Under the pieces are notes generated by a model. It was not told the DNA's origin. It worked only from the letters and a program-made list of their open reading frames with translations, and did not search any database. Source: the human T2T-CHM13v2.0 reference genome, Homo sapiens. Taken from it: a DNA stretch of 64,000 nt. The stretch lies in assembly GCF_009914755.1 (NCBI RefSeq), contig NC_060935.1; one strand, given 5' to 3'. Shown here in pieces: positions 44,335 through 56,800 of this stretch (the stretch's first letter is position 1; every line of letters starts with the position of its first letter). Both the position numbers and the translations under genes were made by a program.

Positions 44335-45351
44335 TTACAATTTGGCATGATTTTGCAGTGGCTGGTACCGGTTGTTCCTTTCCACATTTAGTGCTTCCTT
44401 CAGGAGCTCCTTTTGGGCAGGCATGGTATTGACAGATTCTCTCAGCATTTGCTTGTCTATAAAGTATTTTATTTCTCCTTCACTTATGAAGCTTAGTTTG
44501 GCTGGATATGAAATTCTGGGTTGAAAATTCTTTTCTTTAAGAATGTTGAATATTGGCCCCCACTCTCTTGTGGCTTGTAGAGTTTCTGCCAAGAGATCCA
44601 CCTTTAGTCTGATGGGCTTCCCTTTGTGGGTAACCCGACCTTTCTCTCTGACTGCCCTTAACATTTTTTCCTTAATTTCAACTTTGGTGAATCTGACAAT
44701 TATGTGTCTTGGAGTTGCTCTTCTCGAAGAGTATCTTTGTGGCATTCTCTGTATTTCCTGAATCTGAATGTTGGCCTGCCTTGCTAGATTGGGGAAGTTC
44801 TCCTGGATAGTATCCTGCAGAGTGTTTTCCAACTTGGTTCCATTCTCCCCGTCACTTTGAGGTACACTAATCAGACTTAGATTTTGTCTTTTCACATAGT
44901 CCCATATTTCTTGGAGGTTTTGTTCATTTCTTTTTATTCTTTTTTCTCTTAACTTTCCTTCTCGCTTCATTTCATTCATTTCATCTTCCGTCACTGGTAC
45001 CCTTTCTTCCCATTGATTACATCAGCTCCTGAGGCTTCTTCATTCTTCACGTAGTTCTCGAGCCTTGGCTTTCAGCTCCATCAGCTCCTTTAAGCACTTC
45101 CCTGTATTGGTTATTCTAGTTATATATTCGTCTAAATTTTTTTTCAGAGTTTTTAACTTCTTTGCCTTTGGTTTGAATTTCCTCCTGTAGCTCAGAGTAG
45201 TTTGATCATCTGAAGCCTTCTTCTCCCAACTCGTCAAAGTCATTCTCCATCCAGCTTTGTTCCATTGCTGATGAGAAACTGCTTTCCTTTGGATGAGGAG
45301 AGGTGCCCTGCTTTATAGAGTTTCCAGTTTTTCTGCTCTGTTTTTCCTCAT
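44335..45351 (-). pseudogene. L1 ORF1p remnant (L1-B); C-terminal ~219 codons open, N-terminal part disrupted
   Basis: ORF 44335-44994 contains REKG, YPAKLS and ...PLQNHAKL. The original ATG is at 45349-45351. Confidence 0.92.
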
Positions 45352-46387
45352 CTTGGTGGTTTTATCTACTTTTGGTCTTTGATGACGGTGATGTATGGAT
45401 GGGTTTTTGGTGTTGATGTCCTTTCTGTTTGTTAGCTTTCCTTCTAACAGACAGGACCCTCAGCTGCAGGTCAGTTGGAGTTTGCTAGAGGTCCACTCCA
45501 GACCTGTTTGCCTGGGTAACAGCAGTGGTGGCTGCAGAACAGTGGATTTTTGTGAACTGCAAATGCTGCTGTCTGATCGTTCTTCTGGAACTTTTGTCTC
45601 AGAGGAGTACCCGGCCGAGTGAGGTGTCAGTCTGCCCCTACTGGGTGGTGCCTCCCAGTTAGGCTGCTTGGGGTTCAGGGGTCAGACACCAACTTGAGGA
45701 GGCAGCCTGCCCGTTCTCAGATCTCTAGCTGAATGCTGGGAGAACGACTGCTCTCTTCAAATCTGTCAGACAGGGACACTTAAGTCTGCAGAAGTCACTG
45801 CTGTCTTTCTGTTTGTGTGCGCCCTGCCCCCAGAGGTGGAGCCTACAGAGGAAGGCAGGAGTCCTTGTGCTGTGGTGGTCTCCACCCAGTTGGAGCTTCC
45901 TGGCTGCTTTGTGTACCTAAGCAAGCCTGGGCAATGGCATGCGTCCCTCCCCCAGCCTTGCTGCTGCCTTGAAGTTTGATCTCAGACTTCTGTGCTAGAA
46001 ATCAGTGAGACTCCATGGGCGTAGGACCCTCTGAACCAGATGTGGGATAGAATCTCCTGGTGCCAAGTATTTTAAGTGCATCAGAAAAGCGCAGTATTAG
46101 GGTGAGAGTGACCCAATTTTCCAGGTGCCGTCTGTTACCCCTTTCTTTGACTAAGAGAGGGAATTCCCTGACCCTTTGGACTTCCCAAGTAAAGCAATGC
46201 CTTGCCATGCTTCAGCTCGCACACGTTGCACCATGCACACTGTCCCATGCCGACTCTCTGGCAATCCATAGTCAGATGAACCCAGTACCTCAGACAGAAA
46301 TGTAGAAATCATCCAACTTTGACATCTCCCACGCTGGGAGTTGTAGACCGGAGCTGCTCCTATTTGGTCATCTTGGCTCCAACCACC

Positions 46388-49300
46388 TTTCTGTCTAGTT
46401 TTTATGTGAAGTTATTTCCTTTTCCACTAGAGGAGGTAAGCGCTCCAAATATCCACTTGCAGATCCTACAAAAGGAGTGTTTCAAAACAGCTCATACAAA
46501 AGAAATGTTCAACTCTGTGAGGTGAATAAACACATCACAAAGAAGTTTCTCTGAATGCTTCTGTCTAGTTTTTATGTGAAGATATTTTCTTTACCACCAC
46601 AGGCCTCAAAACGTTCTAAATATCCACTTGCAGAATCTACAAAAAGTGGGTTTCGAAACTGCTCAATCAAAAGAAATGTTCAACTCTGTGAGATGAATTC
46701 ACACATCACAAAGAAGTTTCTGAGAATTCTTCTGTCTAGTTTTCATGTGAAGATATTTCCCTTCCAACATAGGCCTCAAAGTGCTCCAAATAACCATTTG
46801 CAGATTCTACCAAAAGAGTGTTTCAAAACTGTTCAATCAAAGGCAGGTTTCATCTCTGTGAGATGAATGCACACATCACAAACAAGTTTCTCAGAATGCT
46901 TCTGTCTAGTTTCTATGTGAAGATATTTCCTTTTCCACCATAGGCCACAAAGCACTCCAAATATCCATTTGCAGATACTTCAAAAAGTGTGTTTTCAAAA
47001 TGCTCAATCAAAAGAAAGTTTCAACTTTGTTAGTTGCATGCACACATCTCAAAGAAGTTTCTGAGAATGATTCTGTCTAGTTTTTATATGAAGATATTTC
47101 CTTTTCCATAATGGGTCTCAAAGTGCTCCAAATATCCACTTGCAGATTCTACAAAAAGAGTGTTTCAAAAGTGCTCAATCAAAAGAATGGTTCACTTCTG
47201 TGAGATGAATGCACACATCACAAAGAAGTTTCTCAGAATGCTCCTGTTTAGCTTTTATGTGAAGATATTTCCTTTTCAGCTATAGGCCACAAAGCCTCCA
47301 AATATCCATTTGCAGTTACTACAAAAAGAGTGTTTCCAAACTGCTCAGTTAAAAGAAAGGTTCAACTATGTGAGTTGAATGCACACATCCCAAAGAAGTT
47401 TCTGAGAATGCTTCTTTCTAGTTTTTATGTGAAGATATTTCCTGTTCCACCATAGGCCTCGATGCGCTCCAAATATCCACTTGCAGATTCTCCAAAAGAG
47501 TGTTTCAAAACTGCTCAATCAAAAGAAAGATTCATCTCTGTGTGATGAATGAACACATCAAAAAGAGGTTTCTCAGAATGCTCTGTCCAGGTTTTATGTG
47601 AAGATATTTCCATTTCAGCTATAGGCCGAAAACCGCTCCAAATATCCATTTGCATTACTAAAAAAAGAGTGTTTCCAAACTGCTCAATCAAAAGAAAGTT
47701 TCAACTCTGTGAATTGAATACATGCATCACAAAGAAGTTTCTGGGAATGCTTTTGTCTAGTTTCTATGTGAAGATATTACCTTTTCCACCATTGACCTCA
47801 AAGGGCTCCAAATATCCACTTGCAGATTATACAAAGAGAGTGTTTGAAAACTACTCCATCAAAAGAAAGGTTCAAATCTGTGAGATGAAGGCACACATCA
47901 CAATCAAGTTTCTCAGAATGCTTCTGTGTACTTTTTATGTGAAGATATTTCCTTTTCCATGATAGGGCTCAAAGCACTCCAAATATCCACTTACAGATAC
48001 TACAAAAAGAGTGTTTCAAAACTGCTCAATCAAAAGAATGTTTCAACTCTGTGAGATGAATGCACACATCACAAAGAAGTTTCTCAGAATGCTTCTGTCT
48101 AGTTTTTATGCGAAGATACTTCCTATTCAGCTATAGGCCTGAAAGCGCTTCAAATACCGATTTGCAGATACTCCAAAAAGAGTGATTCCAAACTGCTCAT
48201 TCAAAAGACAAGTTCAACTCTTTGAGTGGAAGGCAGCAACACAAAGAATTTTCTGAGAATTCTTCTGTATAGTTTTCATGTGAAGATATTTCCTTTTCCA
48301 CCGTAGGCCTCAAGGTACTCCAAATATCCACTTACAGATACTACAAAAAGAGTGTTTCGAAACTGCTCGATCAAAAGAATGTTTCAACTCTGTGAGATGA
48401 ATGCACACATCACAAAGAAGTTTCTCAGAATGCTTCTGTCTAGTTTTTATGCAAAGATACTTCCTTTTCAGCTATAGGCCTGAAAGCACTTCAAATACCC
48501 ATTTGCAGATACTCCAAAAAGAATGTTTCCAAACTGCTTATTCAAAAGACAAGTTCAACTCTGTGAGTGGAAGACAACAACTCAAAGAAGTTTCTGAGAA
48601 TTCTTCTGTATAGTTTTCATGTGAAGTTATTTCCTTTTCCACCGTAGGCCTCAAAGCGCTCCAAATATCCACTTGCAGATTCTACAAGAAGAGTGTTTCC
48701 AAACTGCTCAATCAAGAGAGATTGAACCCAGTGAGGTGAATGCACACATCACCAAGCCATTTCTCACGATACTTCTGTCTAGTTTTTATGTGAAGATATT
48801 TCCTTTTCAGCTATGGACCCCAAAGTGATCCAATTATCCATTTGCAGATGCTACAAAAAGAGTGTTTACAAGTTGCTCAATCAAAAGAAAGGTTTAACTC
48901 TGTGAGTTGAATGCAAACATCCCAAAGAAGTTTCAGAGAATGCTTCTGTCTGGGTTTTATGTGAAGATATTTCCTGTTCCACTATTGGCCTCAAAGCGTT
49001 CCAAACATCCTCTTGCAGATCCAACAAAGAGAGTGTTTCAAAACTGGTCAATCAAAGACAGGTTTCAACACTGTGAGATGAATGCACACATCACAAAGAC
49101 CTTTCTCAGAATGCTTCTGTCTAGTTTTTATTTGAAGATATTTCCTTTTCAGCTATCAGCCTCAAATCGCTCCAAATATCCATTTGCAGATACTACAAAA
49201 AGTGTGCTCCCAAACGGCTGAATCAAAAGAAAGGTACAACTCTCTGAGTTGAGTTGAATGCACACAACACAAAGAAGGTTCTGAGAATGCTTCTGTCTAC

Positions 49301-49960
49301 TTTTTCTGTGAAGATATTTCCTTTTCTTCTATAGGCCCCATAGCGCTCTGAATATCCATTTCCAGGTACTACAAAAAGAGTGTTTCCAAACTACTCAATC
49401 AAAAGAAGGGTTCAACTCTGTGCCTTGAAAGCACACATCAATAAGTGGTTTCTGAGAATGTTTCTGTCTAGTTTTTATGTGAAGATATCTCCTTTTCCAC
49501 TATAGGCCTAAAAGCACTCCAAATATCCACTTGCAGATTCTACAAAAAGAGTGTGACAAAACTGCTCAATCAAAAGAAAGGTTCAACTCTGTGAGATGAA
49601 TTCACACATCACAAGCAGGTTTCTCAGAATGCTTCTCTCTAGTATTTATGTGAACATATTTCCTTTTTCACCTTAGGCCTCAAGGCACTCCAATTATCCA
49701 TTTGCAGATACTACAAAAAGAGTGTTTCCCAACTGCTCAAACAAAAGAAACATTCAACACTGTGAGATCAATGCGTACATCACAAAGAAGTTTCTCAGAA
49801 TATTTCTGTCTAGTTTTTATGTGAAGGTGTTTCCTTTTCCACCATAGGCCACAAAGAGCTCCAAATATCCACTTGCAGATTTTACAAAAAGAGTGTTTCA
49901 ATACTGCTCAATCAGAGGAAAGGTTCAACACTTTGAGATGAATGCACACATCTCAAAGAA
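46388..49960 (-). repeat. Alpha satellite (SF4-like), inverted relative to 21741-40210
   Basis: Reverse-complement monomers, including the 'cagctatagg' variant also present in 27400-40200. Confidence 0.95.
47970..48650 (-). repeat. Tandem duplication of a 2-monomer (~341 bp) alpha unit
   Basis: 'ccacttacagatactac', 'aagaatgtttcaac', 'ggcctgaaagc', 'ttcaaaagacaagttc' and 'gagtggaag' recur at an offset of ~341 bp. Confidence 0.88.
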
Positions 49961-50880
49961 GGGCTAATATCCAGAATCTACAATGAACTCAAACAAATTT
50001 ACAAGAAAAAAACAAACAACCCCATCAAAAAGTGGGCGAAGGACATGAACAGACACTTCTCAAAAGAAGACATTTATGCAGCCAAAAAACACATGAAGAA
50101 ATGCTCATCATCACTGGCCATCAGAGAAATGCAAATCAAAACCACTATGAGATATCATCTCACACCAGATAGAATGGCAATCATTAAAAAGTCAGGAAAC
50201 AACAGGTGCTGGAGAGGATGTGGAGAAATAGGAACACTTTTACACTGTTGGTGGGACTGTAAACTAGTTCAACCATTGTGGAAGTCAGTGTGGCGATTCC
50301 TCAGGGATCTAGAACTAGAAATACCATTTGACCCAGCCATCCCATTACTGGGTATATACCCAAATGACTATAAATCATGCTGCTATAAAGACACATGCAC
50401 ACTTATGTTTATTGCGGCATTATTCACAATAGCAAAGACTTGGAACCAACCCAAATGTCCAACAACGATAGACTGGATTAAGAAAATGTGGCACATATAC
50501 ACCATGGAATACTATGCAGCCATAAAAAATGATGAGTTCATGTCCTTTGTAGGGACATGGATGAAATTGGAAACCATCATTCTCAGTAAACTATCGCAAG
50601 AACAAAAAACCAAAGACCGCATATTCCCACTCATAGGTGGGAATTGAACAATGAGATCACATGGACACAGGAAGGGGAATATCACACTCTGGGGACTGTG
50701 GTGGGGTCGGGGGAGGGGGGAGGGATAGCATTGGGAGATATACCTAATGCTAGATGACATGTTAGTGGGTGCAGCACACCAGCATGGCACATGTATACAT
50801 ATGTAACTAACCTGCACAATGTGCACAGGTACCCTAAAACTTGGAGTATAATAAAAAAAATAAAATAAAAAAAAAAAAAA
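49959..50880 (+). mobile_element. L1-C: 5'-truncated young LINE-1 (~0.92 kb), L1HS pre-Ta-like
   Basis: Uninterrupted ORF2 C-terminus (50045-50647, ...[14 protein letters not shown]). 3'UTR reads 'gcattgggaga...gctagatgacATGttagtggg' (ACG diagnostic after CpG decay) and 'cttgGagtataat'. Clean poly(A) and short TSD aaagaa (49955-49960 / 50878-50883). Confidence 0.93.
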
Positions 50881-53800
50881 GAAATTTCTCAGAATGCTTC
50901 TGTCTAGTTTTTAGGTGAAGATACTTCCTTTTCAGCTATAGGCCTCAAAGTGCTCCAAATATCCATTTGCAGATGCTACAAAAAAAGTATTTCCAAACTA
51001 CGTAATCAAAGGAAAGGTTCAACTCTGTGAGTTAAATGTGTACATCACAAAGAAGCTTATCAGAATGTTTCTGTATAGTTTTTATGTGAAGATATTTCCT
51101 TTTCCAATGTAGTCCTCAAAGGGCTACAAATATCCATGTGCAGATACTACAAAAAGAGTGTTTCAAAACTGCTCAATCAAAAGAGAGGTTCAACTCCATG
51201 AGTTGAATTCACACATCACAAAGAAGTTTCTGAGAATGCTTCTGTGTAGTTTTTATGTGAAGATATTTCCTTTTCCACCATAGGCCTCAAAGCGCTCCAA
51301 GTATTCAACTGCAGATTCTACAAAAACAGTGTTTCAAAACTGCTCAATCAAAAGAAAGGATCCTCAGTGAGATGAATGCACACATCACAAAGAAGTTTCT
51401 CACAATGCTTCTGTCTAGCTTTTAGTGAAGATATTTCCTTTTCAGGTATATGCCAAGAAACGTTCCAAATATCCATTTGTAGTTACTAGAAAAAGAGTGT
51501 TTCCAAACTGCTCAATCAAAAGAAAGGTTCAACTCTGTGAGTTGAATGCACACATCACAAAGAAGTTTCTGAGAATGCTTTTGTCTAGTTTCTATGTGAA
51601 GATATTTCCTTTTCCACCACAGGATTCAAAACGCTCCAAATATCTGCTTGCAGATACTACAAAAAGAGTTTTGCAAAACTACTCAATGAAAAGAAAGGTT
51701 CAACTCTGTTGTGAATGAGCACATCCCAAAAAATTTCTGAGAATGCTTCTGTCTAGTTTTTATGTGAAGATATTTCCTTCTCCACCATAAGCCTCAAAGT
51801 GCTCCAAATATCCACTGGCAGATTCCACAAAAAGAGTCCCTAAAAACTGCTCTGTCAAAAGAAAGGTTCACCTCAATGAGATGAATGCACGCATCAGAAA
51901 GAAGTTTCTCAGAATGCGTCTATCTAGCTTTTATGTGAAGATATTTCCTTTTCAGCTATATGCCAAGAAGCGCTCCAAATATCCATTTGTAGTTACTGCA
52001 AAAAGAGTGTTTCCAAACTGCTGAATCAAAAGAAAGGCTCAACTCTGTGAGTTGAATGCACACATCACAAAGAAGTTTCTGAGAATGATTCTGCCTAGTT
52101 TCTATGTGAAGATATTTCCTTTTCCACCACAGGCCTCAAAACGCTCCGGATATCCACTTGCAGATTCTACGAAAAGAGTTTTGCAAAACTGCTGAATGTA
52201 AGAAAGGTTCAACTTTGTGAGGTGAATGTGCACATCCCAAAGAAGTTTCTCAGAATTCTTCTGTCTAGTTTTTATGTGAAGATATTTCCTTTTTCCACCA
52301 TAGGTCTCAAAGCTCCCCATGTATGCATGTGCAGATGGTACAAAAAGACCATTTCAAAACTACTCAATCAAAATAAATTTTCGAACCTGTGAGATGAATG
52401 CACGCATCACAAAAACTTTCTCAAAATATTTCTGTCGAGTTTTTATCTGAAGATATTTCCTTTTCCACCATAGTCCTGAAAGCACTCCAAATATCCACTT
52501 GCAGATTCTACAACACGAGTGTTTCAAAACTGCTCAATTGAAAGAAAGTTTCAACTCTGTGAGGTGAATGTACACATCACAAAGAAGTTTCTCAGAATGC
52601 TCCTGTCAAGTTTTTATGTGAAGATATTTCCTTTTCAGCTACAGGTGCCAAAGCACTCAAAAGATCCCTTTGCAGAGACTACAAAAAGGACGTTTCAAAT
52701 CTTCTCAATCAAAAGAAAGTTTCAATACTGGGAGCTGAATGCACATATAACAAAGAAGTTTCTCAGAATGCTTCTGTGTAGTTTTTATGTGAAGATATTT
52801 CCTTTTCAGCTATAGGCCTCAAAGCACTCCAAATATCCATTTGCAGTTACTACAAAAAGAATGTTTGCAAAGTGCTCAGTCAAAAGAAAGGTTCAACTCT
52901 GGGAGTTGAATGCACACATCAGAAAGAAGTTTCTGAAAATGTTTCTGTCTAGCTTCCATGTGAAGATATTTCCTTTTCCACCATAGACCTCAAAGTGCTC
53001 CAAATATCCACTTGCAGATTCTACAAAAAGTGGGTTTCGAAACTGCTCAATCAAAAGAAATGTTCAACTCTGTGAGATGAATGCGCACATCACAAAGAAG
53101 TTCCTCAGAATGCTTCTTTCTAGTTTTTATGTGAAGATATTTCCTTTTCAGCTATAAGCCACAAAGCACTCCGAATATCCACTTACAGATTCTACAAAAA
53201 GAGTGTTTCTAAACCACTCAATCAAAAGACATTTTCAACTCTCTGAGAAGAATTCGCACATCACAAAGACGTTTCTCAGAATGCTTCTGTCTAGTTTTTA
53301 TGTGAAGATATTTGCTTTCCCACTGCAGCCCTTAAAGTGCTCCAAATATCCACTTGCAGATTCTAAAAATAGAGTGTTTCAAAACTTCTCAATCAAAAGA
53401 AGGATTCAGCTCTTTGAAATGAATGCACACGTCACAAAGAAGTTTCTCAGAATGCTTCTGTCTTGTGTTTATGAGAAGATATTTCTTTTTCAGCTACAGG
53501 CCTCAATGTGCTCCTAATATTCATTTGCAGTTAGTACACAAAGAGTGTTTCCAAACTGCTCAATCAAAAGAAAAATTCAACCCTGTGAGATGAATGCACT
53601 CTTTACAAAGAAGTTTCTGAGAATGCTTCTGTCCAGTTTTTATGTGAAGATATTTCCTTTTCAACCATAGGCCTCAAAGCACTCTAAATATCCACTTTCA
53701 GATTCTGCAAAAAAAGTTTTTCAAAACATCTCAATCAATAGAAATTTCAACTCTGTGTGATGAATGCACACATCACAAAGAAGTTTATCTGAATGCTTCT

Positions 53801-56800
53801 GTCTAGTTGTTCATAAAGTTAATTCCCTTTCAGCTACAGGCCTCAATGCGATCCAAATATCCATTTGCAGATACTACAAAAGAGTGCTTCCAAACTGCTA
53901 ACTAAAAAGAAAGGTTCAACTCGGTGAGTTGAATGCACACATCGCAAAGAATATTCTGAGAAGACTTCTGTCTAGTTTTTATTTGAAGATATTTCATTTT
54001 GCACCACAGACCTCAAAGAGCTCCAAATATACACTTGCAGATTCTATAAAAAGAGTGTTTCAAAACTGCTCAATCAAAAGAAAGGATCAACTCTGTCCGA
54101 TGAATGAACACATTACAAAGAAGTTTCTGAGAATGATGTTGTCTTGATTTTAGTTGAAGATATTTCCTTTTCAGCTATAGGCCTCAAAGCGTTCCCAATA
54201 TCCATTTGCAGGTACTACAAAGACTGTTTCCAAGCTGCTCAATCAAAAGAAAGGTTCAACTCCGTGAGTTGATTGCAAACATCACAAAGAAGATTCTGAG
54301 AATGCTTCTGTCTAGTTTTTATGTGAAGATATTTCCTTTTCCACCATACGTCTCAAAGCACTCCAAATATCCACTTGCAGATTCTACAAAAAGAGCGTTT
54401 CAAAACTGCTGAATCAAAAGAAAGTTTCAACACTGTGAGATGAATGCATACATTACAAAGAAGTTTCTCAGAATGCTTCTGTCTAGTTTTTATGTGAAGA
54501 TATTTCTTTTTCAGCTATAGGCCTCAAAGTGCTCCAAATATTCATTTGCAGATACTTACAAAAAGAGTGTTTCCAAACTGCTCAATCAAAGGAAATGTTC
54601 AACTCTGTGAGTTGGATGCACACATCAGAAACAAGTTTCTGAGAATGCTTCTATCTAGTTTTAATTTGAAGATATTTCTTTTTCCACCATAGGCCTCAAA
54701 GCACTTCAAATATCCACTTTCAGATTCTACAAAAAGAGTGCTTCAAAATTGCTCAATCTAAAGAAAGGTTCAACTCTGTGAGATGAATGCATAAATCACA
54801 AAGAAGTTTCTCAGAATGCTTCTGTCTACTTTTTATGTGAAGATATTTCCTTTTCAGCTATAGACCTCAAAGCGCTCCAAATAGCCGTTTGCAGATATTA
54901 CAAAAGGAGGTTTTCCAAACTGCTCAATCGAAAGAAATGTTGAACTCTGTGAGTTGAATGCACACATCCAAAGAAGTTTCTGAGAATGCTTCTGTCTATT
55001 TTTTATGTGAAGATGTTTCCTTTTCCACCATAGGACTCAAAGCATTCCATATATCCACTTGCAGATTCTAAAAAAAGAGTGTTTCAAAGCTGCTCCATCA
55101 AAAGAAATGTTCAGCTCCATGAGGTGAATGCACACATCACAAGTAGTGTCTCAGAATGCTTCTGTCTATTTACTATGGGAAGGTATTTCCTTTTCAGCAA
55201 TAGGCCTCAAAGCACTCCAAATAGCTATTTGCAGATCCTTCAAAAAGGGTGTATCAAAGCTGCTCAATCAAAAGAAACGTTCAACTCCGTGAGTTGAATG
55301 CCCACATCGCAAATAAGTTTCTGAGATTCCTTCTGTGTAGTTTTTATGTGAAGATATTCCTTTTTCCTCCTTAGGCCTCAGTGCACTCCGAATATCCACT
55401 TGCAGATTCTACAAAAAGAGTGTTTCAATACTGCTCAATCAAAATAAAGGATCAACTCTGTGAGATGAATGCACACATCACAACGTAGTTTCTCAGAATG
55501 CTTCTGTCTAGTTTTTTGTGAAGATATTTCCTTTCAACCATAGGCCTCAAAGCCCTCCAAATATCCATTTGCAGATACGTCAAAAAGAGTTTTTCAAACT
55601 GCTCAATCAAAAGAAAGGTTCAACTCTGTGAGTTGAATGCACACATCACAAAGAGGTTTCTGAGAATACTTCTGGCTAGTTTTTATGTGAAGATATTTCC
55701 TTTTCCACCATAGGCCTCCAAGTGCTCTAATTATGCTCTGGCAGATTCTACAAAAATAGTGTTTCAAAACTCCTCAAAGAAAAGAAAGGTTCAACTCTGA
55801 GAGATGAATGCACACATCACAGAGAAGAAGTTTTTCAGAATGCTTCTCTCTAGTTTTTATGTGAAGGTTTTTCCTTTTCAATCATAAGTCTCCAAATATC
55901 CAAAAAGAGTGTTTGTTTCAAAACCACTCAATCATCAGAAAGGTTCAACTCTGTGAGATGAATGCTCACATCCCAAAGAAGTTTCTGACAACGCTTCTGT
56001 GTAGTTTTTATGTGAAGATATTTCCTTTTCCACCACAGGCCTTCACGTGCTCTAAATACCCATTTGCAGATACTACAGCAAGAGGGTTTCCAAACTGCTC
56101 AACCAAAAGAAAGGTTAAACTCTGTGAGTTGAATGTACACATCGCAAAAAAAGTTTCTGAGAATGCTTCTGTCTAGTTATTATGTGAAGATATTTCCTTT
56201 TAAACCATAGGCTTCAAAGCGCTCTAAATATCCACATTCTGATTCTACAAAAAGAGTGTTTGCAAACTGCTCAATCAAAGAAATGGTTCAACTCAGTGAA
56301 TTGAATGCACACATCACAAGGATGTTTCTCAGAATGCTTCTGTCCAGTTTTTATGTGAAGATATTTCCTTTTCCACCACAGGCCTCAAAGCGCTCCAAAT
56401 TTCTCTTTGCAGATTCTACAAGAAGAGTGTTTCAAAACTTCTCAATCAAAAGAAAGCTTCAACTCTGTGAGACAAATGCACACATCACAAAGAAGTTTCT
56501 CAGAAGGCTTTTGTCTAGTTTTTATGTGAAGATATTTCCTTTTCCACCATTGTCCTCAAAGTGCTCCAAATGTCCACTTGCAGAGGCTACAAAAAGTTTC
56601 AAAAATACTCACTATAAAGGAAGGTTCAACTCTGTGAGATGAATGCACAGATCGCAAAGAAGTTCCTCAGAATGCTTCTGTCTAGTTTTTATGTGAAGAT
56701 ATTTCCTTTTCAGCTATAGGTTTCAAAGCGCTCCAAATGTCCATTTGCAGATACTATAGAAGAGTGTTTCCAAACTGATCAATAAAAAAAAATGTTGAAC

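Noticed and set aside
55880-55920. Shortened monomers (also ~10080) as special elements
   Set aside because: These are ordinary small deletions in decaying satellite.
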